From Actinoallomurus iriomotensis (GTDB taxonomy: Bacteria; Actinomycetota; Actinomycetes; Streptosporangiales; Streptosporangiaceae): a stretch of 64,000 nt of DNA. The notes under the pieces are model-generated. The model had not been told where the DNA came from, made no database searches, and saw only the letters and a program-made list of their open reading frames with translations. The DNA is taken from the NCBI RefSeq assembly GCF_030269445.1, contig NZ_BSTJ01000015.1:132649-196648 (forward strand), written 5' to 3'. Below are positions 1 through 9,934 of this stretch, piece after piece. How positions within the stretch are numbered: the first letter of the stretch is position 1; each line of letters opens with the position of its first letter. The translations under genes were made by a program, and so were the position numbers.

Positions 1-1713
1 CGAGGCGAGGTTGTTGTCGTAGGAGGAGGCCCCGCGTTTGCCCGGCGTGTGGTTCTCGCCGGTGTTGAGCTGCTGGGGGTCCTGGTAGACGCCGCGCGTG
101 GAGGTCTCCGAGGACGACTCGGACTCGAAGAAGAACTTGTCCGGATAGCGGGCGTGCAGCCCGTCGATCGAGGCCGCGGTGTTGTAGTTGAGGCCGATGC
201 CGTCGAGCATCCGCAGGATCTGGTCCTGGGCCGATCCGGGCGCCGGCACGCTGCGGTACTTGTCCGACCCCATGACGATCGGCCGGGTCGTGTCGACCGC
301 CCGGACGTCGGCGATGAGCCGCCGCGCGATCGGCACGCCGACCGTGACGGAGGTCGAGTCGGGGATCTCGTTGCCGATCGACCACATCACGACGGCCGGT
401 GAGTTCTTGGCCGCGTTCACCATCTCGGTGATGTCGGCGTCGCTGTTCGCGTCGAAGAACCGGCCGTAGTCGTACTTCACCTTCGGTGTGTGCCAGGTGT
501 CGAACGCCTCGACCATCATCACGATGCCGAGTTCCTCGCAGACCCGCACCATCGCCGGCGACGGCGGGTTGTGCGAGGTGCGGAAGGCGTTGACGCCCAT
601 GCTCTTCATGATCTTCATCTGCCGGTACAGGGCGTCCTCGGTGACGGCCGCGCCGAGCGCGCCTCCGTCGTGGTGCAGGTCGACGCCCTGCAGCTTCATC
701 CGCTGGCCGTTGAGGGAGAAACCGCCGTCCGGGCTGAAGGCGGACCAGCGGACGCCGAAGCGGGTCGTGGTCGTGTCCACGGTCCGGCCCGCCACGACGA
801 CGTCGGTGCGCAGCGTGTAGAGGTACGGGCGGGCGGTGGACCAGAGTTCGGGGTGATCGACGCGCAGGTCCGCCGCCGCGGTCCCCGCCGTCACGCCGGA
901 GGCTCCCCGGGCGACCGTACGGCCGCGGGCGTCCCGTACGGTCGCGACGACCTGCGTGTCCGCGGTCGCGCCGGCGACGTCCGTACGGGCGTGGACGTTC
1001 GCGTAGCCCGCCTTCACGGTGTTCGCCAGGTCCGGCGTGGTGACGAAGACGCCGTGCCGCTGGACGTGGACCGGCGCGGTGACGGTGAGGTGGACGTCAC
1101 GGTAGATGCCGCTGCCGGAGTACCAGCGGCTGCTGGGGAGCTGGTTGCGCACCTCGACCGCGAGCACGTTCGGCGTCGTCCCGTCGGTGTGCGCCAGGTC
1201 GGTCAGGTCCACGTCGAACCCGGTGTAGCCGTACGCGTGGGCGCCGACCTGCCGGCCGTTGAAGTAGATGACCGAGTCCATGTAGACGCCGTCGAACTCC
1301 GCGGAGATCCGCCGGCCGGCCATCGAGGAGGGCAGCGTGAAGGTCTTGCGGTACCAGCCGAGCCCGCCCTGCAGGAAGCCGGTGCCGGCGTTGGTGCCGC
1401 CGTCGGGCGTCGGGTCGCGCTCGATGCTCCAGTCGTGCGGGAGGTTCACCCGGCGCCACGAGGAGTCGTCGTAGCCCGGATCGGCGGCGTGCGCGTAGGC
1501 GCCGGTGGGGTCGGTGACGCCTTCCGGGTTGACGAGGGCGAACCGCCAGTCCTGGTCGAAGTCCACGCTCCGCCCGGTGCCGGCCACGTGTTCGGTGACG
1601 GCGGATCGCGGAGGTGGCGCGGCGGCCTGCGCCCTGGCGGGGAGGGCGGCGAGGACGAGCGACACGGCCACGAGCAGCCGGGTGGCGAAGGCGGCGCGGA
1701 AGGTTCCGGACAT
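1..1713 (-). CDS. Secreted glycoside hydrolase family 2 (beta-galactosidase/beta-mannosidase-like); 3' end runs off the left window edge
   Basis: Reverse-strand translation gives an N-terminal signal peptide (MSGTFRAAFATRLLVAVSLVLAALPARAQA). It is followed by GH2 motifs NAFRTSHNP and WSIGNE (acid/base Glu). The ORF track misses it because it is open at the window edge. Confidence 0.8.
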   Translation of the reverse strand, partial: MSGTFRAAFATRLLVAVSLVLAALPARAQAAAPPPRSAVTEHVAGTGRSVDFDQDWRFALVNPEGVTDPTGAYAHAADPGYDDSSWRRVNLPHDWSIERDPTPDGGTNAGTGFLQGGLGWYRKTFTLPSSMAGRRISAEFDGVYMDSVIYFNGRQVGAHAYGYTGFDVDLTDLAHTDGTTPNVLAVEVRNQLPSSRWYSGSGIYRDVHLTVTAPVHVQRHGVFVTTPDLANTVKAGYANVHARTDVAGATADTQVVATVRDARGRTVARGASGVTAGTAAADLRVDHPELWSTARPYLYTLRTDVVVAGRTVDTTTTRFGVRWSAFSPDGGFSLNGQRMKLQGVDLHHDGGALGAAVTEDALYRQMKIMKSMGVNAFRTSHNPPSPAMVRVCEELGIVMMVEAFDTWHTPKVKYDYGRFFDANSDADITEMVNAAKNSPAVVMWSIGNEIPDSTSVTVGVPIARRLIADVRAVDTTRPIVMGSDKYRSVPAPGSAQDQILRMLDGIGLNYNTAASIDGLHARYPDKFFFESESSSETSTRGVYQDPQQLNTGENHTPGKRGASSYDNNLAS

Positions 1714-1830
1714 CGGTGCCCTTCGGGTGCAGAAGGCGACCTTTGTTCGATATTCCGAACAAAGACTCGCATTACGGACACCCGACGATCCGTCAGGTCA
1801 GGGCGATCAGTCAAGAGCCCAAATTGGGCA

Positions 1831-2271
1831 TTACGATCGGGCCATCTGCTCCCGAATCCCCGCCGGGCGCTTCGTGCGACGGAACAGCTCACGCGGCGAC
1901 CGGCCGCCGCCGAAGCACCACAGGGCGATGACCGGGTCGCAGATCGCGCAGCCCAGCGACGAGTCATGGGCGAACGGCAGGATGGGGTGGCCGTTGAGAT
2001 GATGGACGACGTCCCAGGCGGTGTGCAGCAGCCAGCCGATGCCGACGAACGTCCACGACTCAAGGCCGCGATAGGCGACATAGACGAGCAGCGCGCCGAA
2101 CGCGAGCTCCCAGGCGCCCAGACCGCCGCCGCTGAAATAGGTCGCGCCGGCTCCGGCGATCATGAGCGCGTTGACGCGCAGCCGGTGCGGTTCGCGGATG
2201 AGGGACATCAGCAGGGCGTACGCGACGCCGATGCCGACCGGCGCGATGAACCGCAGGTAGTCCAATGTCAT
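1831..2271 (-). CDS. Small integral membrane protein, function unknown
   Basis: ORF 1831..2340 trimmed to MTLDYLRFIAPVGIGVAYALLM..., which has GGAAAA just before the ATG. It has 4-5 hydrophobic helices and non-random composition. Confidence 0.5.
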   Translation of the reverse strand: MTLDYLRFIAPVGIGVAYALLMSLIREPHRLRVNALMIAGAGATYFSGGGLGAWELAFGALLVYVAYRGLESWTFVGIGWLLHTAWDVVHHLNGHPILPFAHDSSLGCAICDPVIALWCFGGGRSPRELFRRTKRPAGIREQMARS

Positions 2272-2424
2272 TTTCCAATGCCGTGAGAATTCAGCGCGGA
2301 ACCGGTGCGCGGAGGGCACCTCCGCGCACCGGAAACCCAAGCTACGCAGGCCGCAGGACCGCCTCCAGCGGCGTGAGTGACACGTCCCAACGGAAAATCG
2401 CCAACGGCGGGTTGCGCTCGGGGT

Positions 2425-5064
2425 TCAGTCGAGGATCTCGACGTATCCGTCGGTGCCGTGAACGCGGATCCGCTGCCCGTCCCGGATCAGCCGGGTGGCC
2501 TGCTCCACGCCCACCACGGCCGGCAGGCCGTACTCCCGCGCGATCACCGCCCCGTGCGTCATCAGGCCGCCCACCTCCGTCACCAGCCCGGCGACGGCGA
2601 CGAACAGAGGACTCCAGCTGGGATCGGTGTACGCGGTGACGAGGATGTCGCCCTCCTCAAGGTCGGCCTGCGCCATGTCCAGGATGACTCGGGCACGGCC
2701 CTCGACGGTCCCGGCCGAGACCGGGAGGCCGGCCAGCGCGCCGGGCGGGGCGTCGTCACGCCGATACCGGCCGGCGATGACCTCGCCGTCCGACGTGATG
2801 ACCCGGGGCGGTGTGAGCGCCTCGTACGACCGGAACGCCTCCCGCCTCTCCCGGATGAGTCCGGCGTCCGCGTCGCCCGTTCGCGCGACTTCCCGCAACT
2901 CCTGGAACCGGAGGAAGAAGATGTCCTCTCTCTCCCGCAGGACGCCGGACCGGACGAGGCGATCGGCCTCCCGCAGCAACGCCTGCTTGTAGATGAAGTA
3001 GCGGCTGACCATGTCGTACTTGGGGTACTCCCGGTATCCGGCGAAGGTGCGGACACGGTCGATCATCCGCTTGGTCTCCTCGGCCTTCTCGTCCCCGTCG
3101 GGCAGTGCGCGCAACCGCGTCAGCAGTTCCTGTTCTTTCTGTCGCGCCTCTTGGAGTCCTTGTTCGAAGCGTCGCCTGCCGGCGCCCGGCTCGAAGTTCT
3201 TGGCGTTGCCGAGAATGGTGGGGACGAGCGTGGCGGGATGCTCGCTCCAGCGCGTCCTGGTGATGTCGATCTCGCCCGCGCAGCGCATGCCGTACTCGTC
3301 GAGGTAGCCCCGGATGGCGTCACGCGCCTCCCGTCCGCCGGGCAACCCGGCCAGTTCGTCCAGGAAGCCGTCGCCCTCCCGGCCTTCGTCCACCACACGC
3401 TGCAGGAACGCCATGACGTCCGGGTGCGGCCGGACCGTGTCCGCGACGTCGAGGAGCGCCAGCCCCATCTCCGACGTGACGTTGTGGGGGACGGACTGCG
3501 TGAGCACGTCGGCCGCGTTCTTCTCGCCCAGCCACGTCTCCAGGTGGTCATTGAGCCACCAGCTCGCCTCCATCCCCGCCATGATCGCCGGGAGGCTCTG
3601 TGGATCGGACCGGACGCGCTTCAGCTCCGCGATGTCGGCCAGGATGAAGTCGAACAGCGCCGGCCCGGACAGATCCTCGATCTCGCGCCGCAGGGTGGCG
3701 ACGGACTCCTGACTCTGCCGGATCAGGCGGGTGACGATGGCCGGATCGGTCTCGATCGGGGCGGGTGGGTCACCGGCGGGTGCGGCGCCGGAATCCTCGT
3801 CCTCCGGAAGCGTGCGGACGAAGCCGCGGTCGACGACGGTTCGCAGCGCGTCCCGGATCAACGGGTCGGACCTCCCCAGAGTGTCGATGAGGCGTACGCG
3901 ACCCGCGTTCGTCGCCAGCACGGGGGCCACGTCGACGAACAACCGGCCGCCCGCCTCGGGCATCGGATGTGGGGTCGTCAGCTGCCACACGGAGAGTCCC
4001 AGCGGCTTCATCGCGTCGGTCATCATCTGCTGGTGACCGACGGAGACGTAGACGTGGTTCTCCTGGTCCTCGGTCGTCGGGATGGGGAACAGGGTGGTGA
4101 TCGGCCGGCTCTGGACGATGTGGAAGTCGTCGCCTGCCCGGCACCATTCGATGTCCTGGGGGCGGCCGAAGTGCGCTTCGATGCGCCGGCCCAGCCGCAC
4201 CAGGCGCACGACCTGCGCGTCCGTGAGAGCCGGCTGCGTCTGCCTCCGCGGTTCGATCGGCGTGTCCTGAACACCGCCTCCGGGCGACGCCTGGACGGAC
4301 CGCTCCTTGGTGGCGACCGTCGTGGTGACGACCTGGTCGTCACGCACCGTGTAGACGTCCCCGGCGACCAGACCGGAGACCAGCGCCTCCCCGAGCCCCC
4401 ACCCGGCCTCGACGGTGGCGGTCTTCCGGTCCGAGGTCACGGGATCCGCGGTGAACAGCATCCCGGCCGCGTCCGGGAACACCATCTGCTGCACGACCAC
4501 GGCCATCCGCACTTTCCGGTGATCGAAGCCATTACGGCACCGGTAGGTCACGGCCCGCTCGGTGAACAGCGAGGCCCAGCACCGCCGGACGTGGCGAAGG
4601 ATCTCCGTCAGGCCCACGATGTTCAGGTAGGAGTCCTGCTGGCCGGCGAAGGAGGCGGTCGGCAGGTCCTCGGCCGTCGCGCTGGAACGCACCGCGTAGG
4701 AGGCGTGCTCCCCGAGCCGGGTGAGCGACTCGCTGATCGCCGCCACGAGATCGTCGGGCATCGCGACGTCTTCGACGACGCGGCGTATCTCGGCGCTCAG
4801 GGTGCGGATCGCCTCGCGGTCGTCCGGTTCCACGCGCGCCAGAAGGTCGAGCTGAGCGTCGATCGACGGCGCCTCGGCCATGATCCGCTGGAAGGCGTCC
4901 GTCGTGACGCAGAAGCCGTCCGGCACGCGGACGCCATCGATTCGCGAGAGCTCGCCGAGGTGTGCCCCCTTTCCGCCGACGTCCGCGACATTCGTCGCGT
5001 CGATCTTCTCGAAGCCCATCACGTAGGCCAATTCCGTTGCTCCTTGCGTCGATTCGGTTCGCAA
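2425..5064 (-). CDS. rph: PEP-utilising phosphotransferase with rifampicin-phosphotransferase (RPH) architecture
   Basis: 879 aa. The N-terminus is a PPDK_N-like ATP-grasp domain (GGKGAHLGEL, FCVTTDAF). The swivelling phospho-His domain sits at the extreme C-terminus (GGLMTHGAVIAREYGLPAVVG) with no following TIM-barrel domain, which is the RPH layout rather than PpsA. An alternative start lies at M16. Confidence 0.65.
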   Translation of the reverse strand: MRTESTQGATELAYVMGFEKIDATNVADVGGKGAHLGELSRIDGVRVPDGFCVTTDAFQRIMAEAPSIDAQLDLLARVEPDDREAIRTLSAEIRRVVEDVAMPDDLVAAISESLTRLGEHASYAVRSSATAEDLPTASFAGQQDSYLNIVGLTEILRHVRRCWASLFTERAVTYRCRNGFDHRKVRMAVVVQQMVFPDAAGMLFTADPVTSDRKTATVEAGWGLGEALVSGLVAGDVYTVRDDQVVTTTVATKERSVQASPGGGVQDTPIEPRRQTQPALTDAQVVRLVRLGRRIEAHFGRPQDIEWCRAGDDFHIVQSRPITTLFPIPTTEDQENHVYVSVGHQQMMTDAMKPLGLSVWQLTTPHPMPEAGGRLFVDVAPVLATNAGRVRLIDTLGRSDPLIRDALRTVVDRGFVRTLPEDEDSGAAPAGDPPAPIETDPAIVTRLIRQSQESVATLRREIEDLSGPALFDFILADIAELKRVRSDPQSLPAIMAGMEASWWLNDHLETWLGEKNAADVLTQSVPHNVTSEMGLALLDVADTVRPHPDVMAFLQRVVDEGREGDGFLDELAGLPGGREARDAIRGYLDEYGMRCAGEIDITRTRWSEHPATLVPTILGNAKNFEPGAGRRRFEQGLQEARQKEQELLTRLRALPDGDEKAEETKRMIDRVRTFAGYREYPKYDMVSRYFIYKQALLREADRLVRSGVLREREDIFFLRFQELREVARTGDADAGLIRERREAFRSYEALTPPRVITSDGEVIAGRYRRDDAPPGALAGLPVSAGTVEGRARVILDMAQADLEEGDILVTAYTDPSWSPLFVAVAGLVTEVGGLMTHGAVIAREYGLPAVVGVEQATRLIRDGQRIRVHGTDGYVEILD

Positions 5065-5087
5065 CGGCGGCAGTATGGAGCAATTTT

Positions 5088-5106
5088 TGGCGCCTCATGA
5101 GGCGCA
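5088..5106. promoter_or_regulatory. 16-bp perfect palindrome GCGCCTCATGAGGCGC between the GT4 stop and the rph start
   Basis: Read directly: ttGGCGCCTCATGAGGCGCactt, with the AT-rich ctgctataaagtgaaact nearby. It could be an operator or a terminator stem. Confidence 0.3.
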
Positions 5107-5147
5107 CTTATCTGCTATAAAGTGAAACTGGGGGGAGCGGCCGAGAT

Positions 5148-6269
5148 TCAGCCGGTCCGGCCGTCCACGAGCGCGAAGGCCCGTTCCCAGCGGTCGACGA
5201 TCGTGTCGGGGGCATACCTGCGGACCGAGACGCGCGCCGCGTCTCCCAGCGTGTCACGGAGTCGCCGATCGTCCATCAGCCGCTCCAGGGCGGCGGCGAA
5301 CTCCATCACGTTCCCCGGCGTCACGACCAGCCCGTCCCGCCCGTCGGTGAGCAGTTCCCGCACGCCCGGCGCGCAGTCGAAGGCGACCGTGGGCAGCCCG
5401 TACGCCATCGCCTCGATGATCGACATGGGGAAGCCCTCCTCCCGTGAGGAGAGCGCGAAGATCGAGGCGCCGGTCAGCGCGCTCTCCAGGTCGGAGGTCG
5501 AGCCGGGGAACTCCACACTGGCGTCCAGGCCGAGCGCGGCCGCGCCGCGCCGCAGCGCGTCCTCCTCGGGGCCCGTCCCGTACAGGCGCAACCGCCAGGA
5601 CGGGTGGCGCGCGGCCACCTCCGCCCAGGCCTCGAGCAGCATGTCCTGCCCCTTCTCGAAGGACAGCCGCCCGAGCCGTACGACCACCGGCTCGGTGCGC
5701 GGGGACGGCGACGCCGGTTCGACGTGGAGCGGGTTGGGCATGGCGGCGGCCCCCGACATGTCGTCGAACGCCCAGGCGTCCGCGTCGGCGCGGGTGAGCG
5801 CGAGGAACAGGTCCGCCCCGGCGAAGTGGCGTTTCACCCGCCGGTACCGCGACGACCGCCGCGTCGCCGCGTACGACTCATGGCTCATGCCGATGACCGG
5901 CATCCCCGCGGTGTCGGCACGCGCGACCCATTCCATCGCCCAGACCTGCGCCGCGATGACGACGCCGCCCGGCCGGGCGGTGCGCAGCAGCGCGCTCAGA
6001 CGCGCGGCGCCCTGGCGGACCGTGGCCCGGTGGGCGAGCCGGGACACCGGCCCGCGGCGCGGCCCCGGCCGGCGTTCGTGCAGGACGGTGACGGCGTACC
6101 GCGGGTCCCGGCCGTAGTCGTGGGACCGCTCCGCGTGCGTCACGCCGACGAGGTGGACGCGGTGGCCGCGGTCGGCGAACAGGTGGGCGATGTGGTGCGC
6201 CCACCGCTGGAGGCCGCCGAGCTCCTCGACGTTGTTGCAGACGATGAAGATGTCGCGGGACTCAGTCAC
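5148..6269 (-). CDS. Glycosyltransferase family 4 (GT-B, retaining)
   Basis: EX7E-type region (SSREEGFPMSIIEAMAYGLPTVAFD), 373 aa. Its start overlaps the stop of the upstream GT2-TagF gene by 8 bp. Confidence 0.8.
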   Translation of the reverse strand: MTESRDIFIVCNNVEELGGLQRWAHHIAHLFADRGHRVHLVGVTHAERSHDYGRDPRYAVTVLHERRPGPRRGPVSRLAHRATVRQGAARLSALLRTARPGGVVIAAQVWAMEWVARADTAGMPVIGMSHESYAATRRSSRYRRVKRHFAGADLFLALTRADADAWAFDDMSGAAAMPNPLHVEPASPSPRTEPVVVRLGRLSFEKGQDMLLEAWAEVAARHPSWRLRLYGTGPEEDALRRGAAALGLDASVEFPGSTSDLESALTGASIFALSSREEGFPMSIIEAMAYGLPTVAFDCAPGVRELLTDGRDGLVVTPGNVMEFAAALERLMDDRRLRDTLGDAARVSVRRYAPDTIVDRWERAFALVDGRTG

Positions 6270-9117
6270 GGCCGCCTCCGGTGAAGAAACGCTCGACGAT
6301 GGCCTTGGCCGCGGTGCCGGTGTCGTACTCGCCGAAGCGCTCGGTGAACAGCCGGCGCCGGTCGGCGTGGTCCCGGTGCACGCGGTCGAGGTCGGCCAGC
6401 GCGGCGAACAGCCCGTCCTCGTCGGCGACGATCGGCCCCGGTGCGTGAGCGGCCAGGTCGAAGTACGCGCCGCGCCGCAGGGCGTAGTCGTCGCCGTCGG
6501 GCGTGTAGAAGATCATCGGGCGGTCGCGGAGCGCGTAGTCGAACATGACCGACGAATAGTCGGTGACCAGCGCGTCGGCGAGCAGCAGCAACGGCGTGAC
6601 GTCGTGGACTCCGCCGACGTCGACGACGGTGCCGCGCAGGCCGGGCGGCACCACCGCCGTGCTCAGGTAGTGCGCGCGGATGAGGAGCACGTGCGAGTCG
6701 CCGAGTTCGCGCGCGAAGCGTTCGAGGTCGAACGGCGCCTCGAACCGTGCGACCGGCCGCCCCTCCTCGTCGGCACGGAACGTCGGCGCGTACAGCACGA
6801 CCGTACGGGCGTCACCGTCGAGCCCCAGGCGGCGGCGCAGCTCGGCCAGTTCCTCCGGGTCGCCGCCGCTCACGAGCGGATCGTTGCGCGGGTACCCGGC
6901 CCGCAGGGGCGGTGCGGTCACGCCGAGGCCTCCGGCCAGCGTCCGCACGTCGTGCTCGGACCGTACGACGAAGTGGTCGAACCGGCCGGCCATGGTGCGC
7001 CGCCGTACGTGCTCGGCTCTGGTGCCCTGCTTGACGGACGGCTCGTCGAAGCCCATGCGTTTGTACGCCGAGCCGTGCCAGGTCTGGATGTAGGTGGTCT
7101 GACGGCGCTTGGTGAGCCCGGCGGGGAAACCCTGGTTGTCGACCCAGAACTCGGCGCGGGCCAGCGCGCGGTAGTACGCCCACGACCCGCGCTTGACCAG
7201 GACGGCGTCCTTGGGGAAGCCCCGCCTGCTCTGGTCGTAGGACCAGATCGCACGGTATGACGTACCGCGCCGGCGCAGTTCGAGGTGAACGTACTTCGGG
7301 TTGTCGGAGTACTGGGCTCCGAGGTGGCTCTCGAAGACGACGGTGCCCTTCCTGACCGGCAGCCGCACGAGCACGCGGTTGAACACGGCGATCTTCGTCG
7401 CGCGGCCGGTGAGCCGCCTGCGCAGCGCCTTCTCGGCGCGTATGAGGCTCCGCCAGAACCGCACTCCCAGTCCGGTGCGGGCGACGTCACGGATCAGCGG
7501 CAGGACGGCGCGGGCGGGAAGGCTGCGTCCGACGATGCGGAACGCCAGCTCTCCGGAGTCGGCGACGTACGCCTCCAGGCGGTCACCGACGATCCGGGTC
7601 AGCCGGGGCCGTACCGGCACCTCGACGCCCTTGTGGGCGGTGCCGGTCGAGGTCAGGCGGACCACGACGGTCTCCTCACCGACGTCGACGCACAGCCAGA
7701 GCCCCCAGGTCTGGTCCACCAGCCCGATCGGCCGGATCCGGCGGACCGGCGCGAACCTCGCCTGCCAGCCGATCCGGTCGCCCTCGTGGCGCAACGTCAC
7801 CGGAACGCGGAACGCTCGGCCCTTCCTGCGGCGGTCCCGGATCTCCAGCCTGCCGGTGAGCTCCGTGGCGGCGCCGATCCGCCCCAGAGGATTGATGAAG
7901 TCGCCCGTGAGGGACAGCTCGTGCCCCTCCGTCCTCATGGCCGTCAGCCGGCCGCCGAGCCGGAGGTGCTCGAGCGGCACGGAGTGGATGCCCAGGTCGG
8001 TGACGTCGAGGATGCGACGGCCCGGCGCGGTGTCGAGGAAGGCCTCGGACCAGTAGATCAGACCGTCGCGTTCGACCGGCGCGATCGACAGCGTCGGGGG
8101 CACATCCCTCCTCGGCGCGCGGTCCGCGGCGGCGATCGCCCCGTCCAGGTCACCCTGCCCGACGAGGAAGCCGGCGATCGCGGCCATCGGGTTGCACTCC
8201 TCGAACACCGCGGTGTCCATCGTCGCCAGGTATCCCTGGGCGAGTTCGAGGAAGGCCTCGCGGTAGTCCGGGTCGCGGCTGCGGAGCTCGCGCAGGTAGA
8301 GCAGCAGGTCGTGGTTGACGAACTTGACGTTCTTGTGCTTCGCGAGCTCCTCGGCGCCACGGATCCGGAAGGTGGCGTCGATCCGCCGGTGGATCTCCAG
8401 CCGGTCGGCGAAGTTGCGCAGTTCGGCGCGGCGGTGCGTGATCGACAGCGTCTCTCCGCGCGGGACGATGAGCCAGTTGTAGACCCGGTGCGGAATGATC
8501 GCGATCTTTCGCGCGCTGACGTAGGCCTGCGCGCTGAACAGCAGGTCCTCGTAGTGCAGGCGGTCGACGAACAGCAGCCCCTCGCGTTCGAGGAAGTCGC
8601 GCCGGTAGCACTTGTTGGTCGAGAGGGTGTCGTACAGCAGGTCGGGCTCGTCCAGGATGTTCGTCACGACGCGCGACTCGCGGTAGAGCGACGGGTACCA
8701 GTTCTGCTCGCGCTCCGGCAGCACCCGGACGCAGCGGCCGGAGACCAGTTCGGCCCCGGTCTCCTCGGCGGTGCTCACGAGGTTCCGGCACGCGTGCGGA
8801 TCGAGGGTGTCGTCGCTGTCGAGGAACATCACGTAGCGGCCGCGCGCCTGCTCCATCCCGGCGTTGCGGGGGCGTCCGCACCCGCCGGAGTTCTCGGGCA
8901 GAGTGATCACGCGGACGCGGTCCGGCCGCCCGGCGGCGAGCCGCGCCGCCACTCGTGGGGTCGCGTCCGTGCTGGCGTCGTCGACGATGACGACCTCCAC
9001 GCCCGCCAGCGACTGCGCCAGCACCGAGCGGACCGCGCGGGCCAGGCGCCCCGCGTCGTTATAGACGATCACGATGACCGTGACGTCGGGTTCTCTTACC
9101 GGAAGGCTCACACTCAT
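6262..9117 (-). CDS. Bifunctional GT2 glycosyltransferase / CDP-glycerol glycerophosphotransferase (TagF/TagB-like) fusion
   Basis: The N-terminus is a GT-A fold (VTVIVIVYNDAGRLARAV, VVIVDDASTD, DSDD). The C-terminal approximately 370 aa resemble the TagF family (YIQTWHG, YAPTFR, VTDYSSVMFDY). 951 aa. Confidence 0.8.
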   Translation of the reverse strand: MSVSLPVREPDVTVIVIVYNDAGRLARAVRSVLAQSLAGVEVVIVDDASTDATPRVAARLAAGRPDRVRVITLPENSGGCGRPRNAGMEQARGRYVMFLDSDDTLDPHACRNLVSTAEETGAELVSGRCVRVLPEREQNWYPSLYRESRVVTNILDEPDLLYDTLSTNKCYRRDFLEREGLLFVDRLHYEDLLFSAQAYVSARKIAIIPHRVYNWLIVPRGETLSITHRRAELRNFADRLEIHRRIDATFRIRGAEELAKHKNVKFVNHDLLLYLRELRSRDPDYREAFLELAQGYLATMDTAVFEECNPMAAIAGFLVGQGDLDGAIAAADRAPRRDVPPTLSIAPVERDGLIYWSEAFLDTAPGRRILDVTDLGIHSVPLEHLRLGGRLTAMRTEGHELSLTGDFINPLGRIGAATELTGRLEIRDRRRKGRAFRVPVTLRHEGDRIGWQARFAPVRRIRPIGLVDQTWGLWLCVDVGEETVVVRLTSTGTAHKGVEVPVRPRLTRIVGDRLEAYVADSGELAFRIVGRSLPARAVLPLIRDVARTGLGVRFWRSLIRAEKALRRRLTGRATKIAVFNRVLVRLPVRKGTVVFESHLGAQYSDNPKYVHLELRRRGTSYRAIWSYDQSRRGFPKDAVLVKRGSWAYYRALARAEFWVDNQGFPAGLTKRRQTTYIQTWHGSAYKRMGFDEPSVKQGTRAEHVRRRTMAGRFDHFVVRSEHDVRTLAGGLGVTAPPLRAGYPRNDPLVSGGDPEELAELRRRLGLDGDARTVVLYAPTFRADEEGRPVARFEAPFDLERFARELGDSHVLLIRAHYLSTAVVPPGLRGTVVDVGGVHDVTPLLLLADALVTDYSSVMFDYALRDRPMIFYTPDGDDYALRRGAYFDLAAHAPGPIVADEDGLFAALADLDRVHRDHADRRRLFTERFGEYDTGTAAKAIVERFFTGGGRD

Positions 9118-9140
9118 CGCCCTGACCGTGAGGAGATATC

Positions 9141-9172
9141 TACTATTTCGGTAGTACGACCGCGACAGTAGG
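9141..9172. promoter_or_regulatory. Candidate BlaI-type operator O1, upstream of the GT2-TagF gene
   Basis: TACTATTTCGGTAGTACGACCGCGACAGTAGG contains the core GTAC-G-ACCGCGA-C-AGTA. The same core occurs at 9741 and 11011. TACTA-N6-TAGTA is an inverted repeat. Confidence 0.55.
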
Positions 9173-9311
9173 AGGGCGTGGGTTACCGGAAGGCAAAGGT
9201 GTGCTTACCTATGCGGGAGCACGCGTCGGCGCGACGACGATGAGGGATACGCGCACACACCGGACCCGCCCGGCGGCGAACCGGGCGTCGATCAGGCCGA
9301 GGGGCCGCCCC

Positions 9312-9725
9312 TCAGGCGTCCTCGCCGCCGCGCAGCAGCCGCTGCAGAAGCGCCTCGTCCTCCGGGCTCAGCGACGACACGAACCTCGCCAGCACTCCCG
9401 CGTGGTCGTGGCGGCGACTCAGCAGATCGGTCATCGCCCGCGCGGTGTGGGAGGCCTCGTCGACGGTGGGGAGGTAGGAGTACCCCTTCTTCACCGGGCG
9501 GCGAGACACCAGCCCTTTTCGGTGCATACGCGCCAGAGTGGACATCACCGTCGTGTAGGCGAGCCGGTCGTCCAGCCGGTCCCGCACCTCGGCGGGCGTC
9601 ATCGCCCGCCCGGCCGTCCAGAGCACGGCCAGCACCTCGTCCTCGAGCATCCCGGGCTGACGCCTGGCGCCACCGCCGGAGGACCGCCCGACGGAGGGCT
9701 CGCGCGCAGGGGACTCGGCACTCAT
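9312..9725 (-). CDS. BlaI/MecI/CopY-family transcriptional repressor (penicillinase-repressor fold)
   Basis: Winged helix LEDEVLAVLWTAGRAMTPAEVRDRL..AYTTVMSTLARMHRKGLVSRR...GYSYLP is followed by a C-terminal dimerisation helix. 137 aa. Confidence 0.85.
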   Translation of the reverse strand: MSAESPAREPSVGRSSGGGARRQPGMLEDEVLAVLWTAGRAMTPAEVRDRLDDRLAYTTVMSTLARMHRKGLVSRRPVKKGYSYLPTVDEASHTARAMTDLLSRRHDHAGVLARFVSSLSPEDEALLQRLLRGGEDA

Positions 9726-9740
9726 TCCGCCGAGCGTACT

Positions 9741-9767
9741 CTCCGGTAGTACTACCGCGATAGTGAA
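9741..9767. promoter_or_regulatory. Candidate BlaI-type operator O2, about 16 bp upstream of the blaI-like start (autoregulation)
   Basis: CTCCGGTAGTACTACCGCGATAGTGAA contains the 12-bp perfect palindrome GGTAGTACTACC and the core GTAC-T-ACCGCGA-T-AGTG. Confidence 0.6.
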
Positions 9768-9934
9768 CCCGCTCGCCGCAGCTCAGCGCCGCATTCGCCA
9801 TATTCGCCGCACCGTCCGACCACCACGATGACGCGGCGCAGGCGACGCCGCACAGGTGGGGCCGATACATCTGACTGAAGGACGAGGACATCGACCGCGC
9901 GCTCCGGGTCGAAGCCCCCGGACGGATCACGGCA

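Noticed and set aside
490-2286. 598-aa plus-strand ORF and neighbouring 100-220-aa ORFs (49..402, 1097..1762, 1446..2081, 1505..2002)
   Set aside because: Arg/Gly/Val-rich low-complexity translations lying antisense or out of frame to the well-supported GH2 gene. These are typical high-GC shadow ORFs.
2377-5100. 907-aa plus-strand ORF
   Set aside because: Antisense shadow of the rph-like gene. Composition dominated by R/G/P/D/V with no motifs.
6190-9171. 356-aa and 628-aa plus-strand ORFs and several nested minus-strand ORFs
   Set aside because: Shadows of the GT4 and GT2-TagF genes.
9201-9930. ORFs 9201..9749 (+) and 9292..9930 (-)
   Set aside because: They overlap the well-supported blaI-like gene in other frames and are Arg/Gly-rich.
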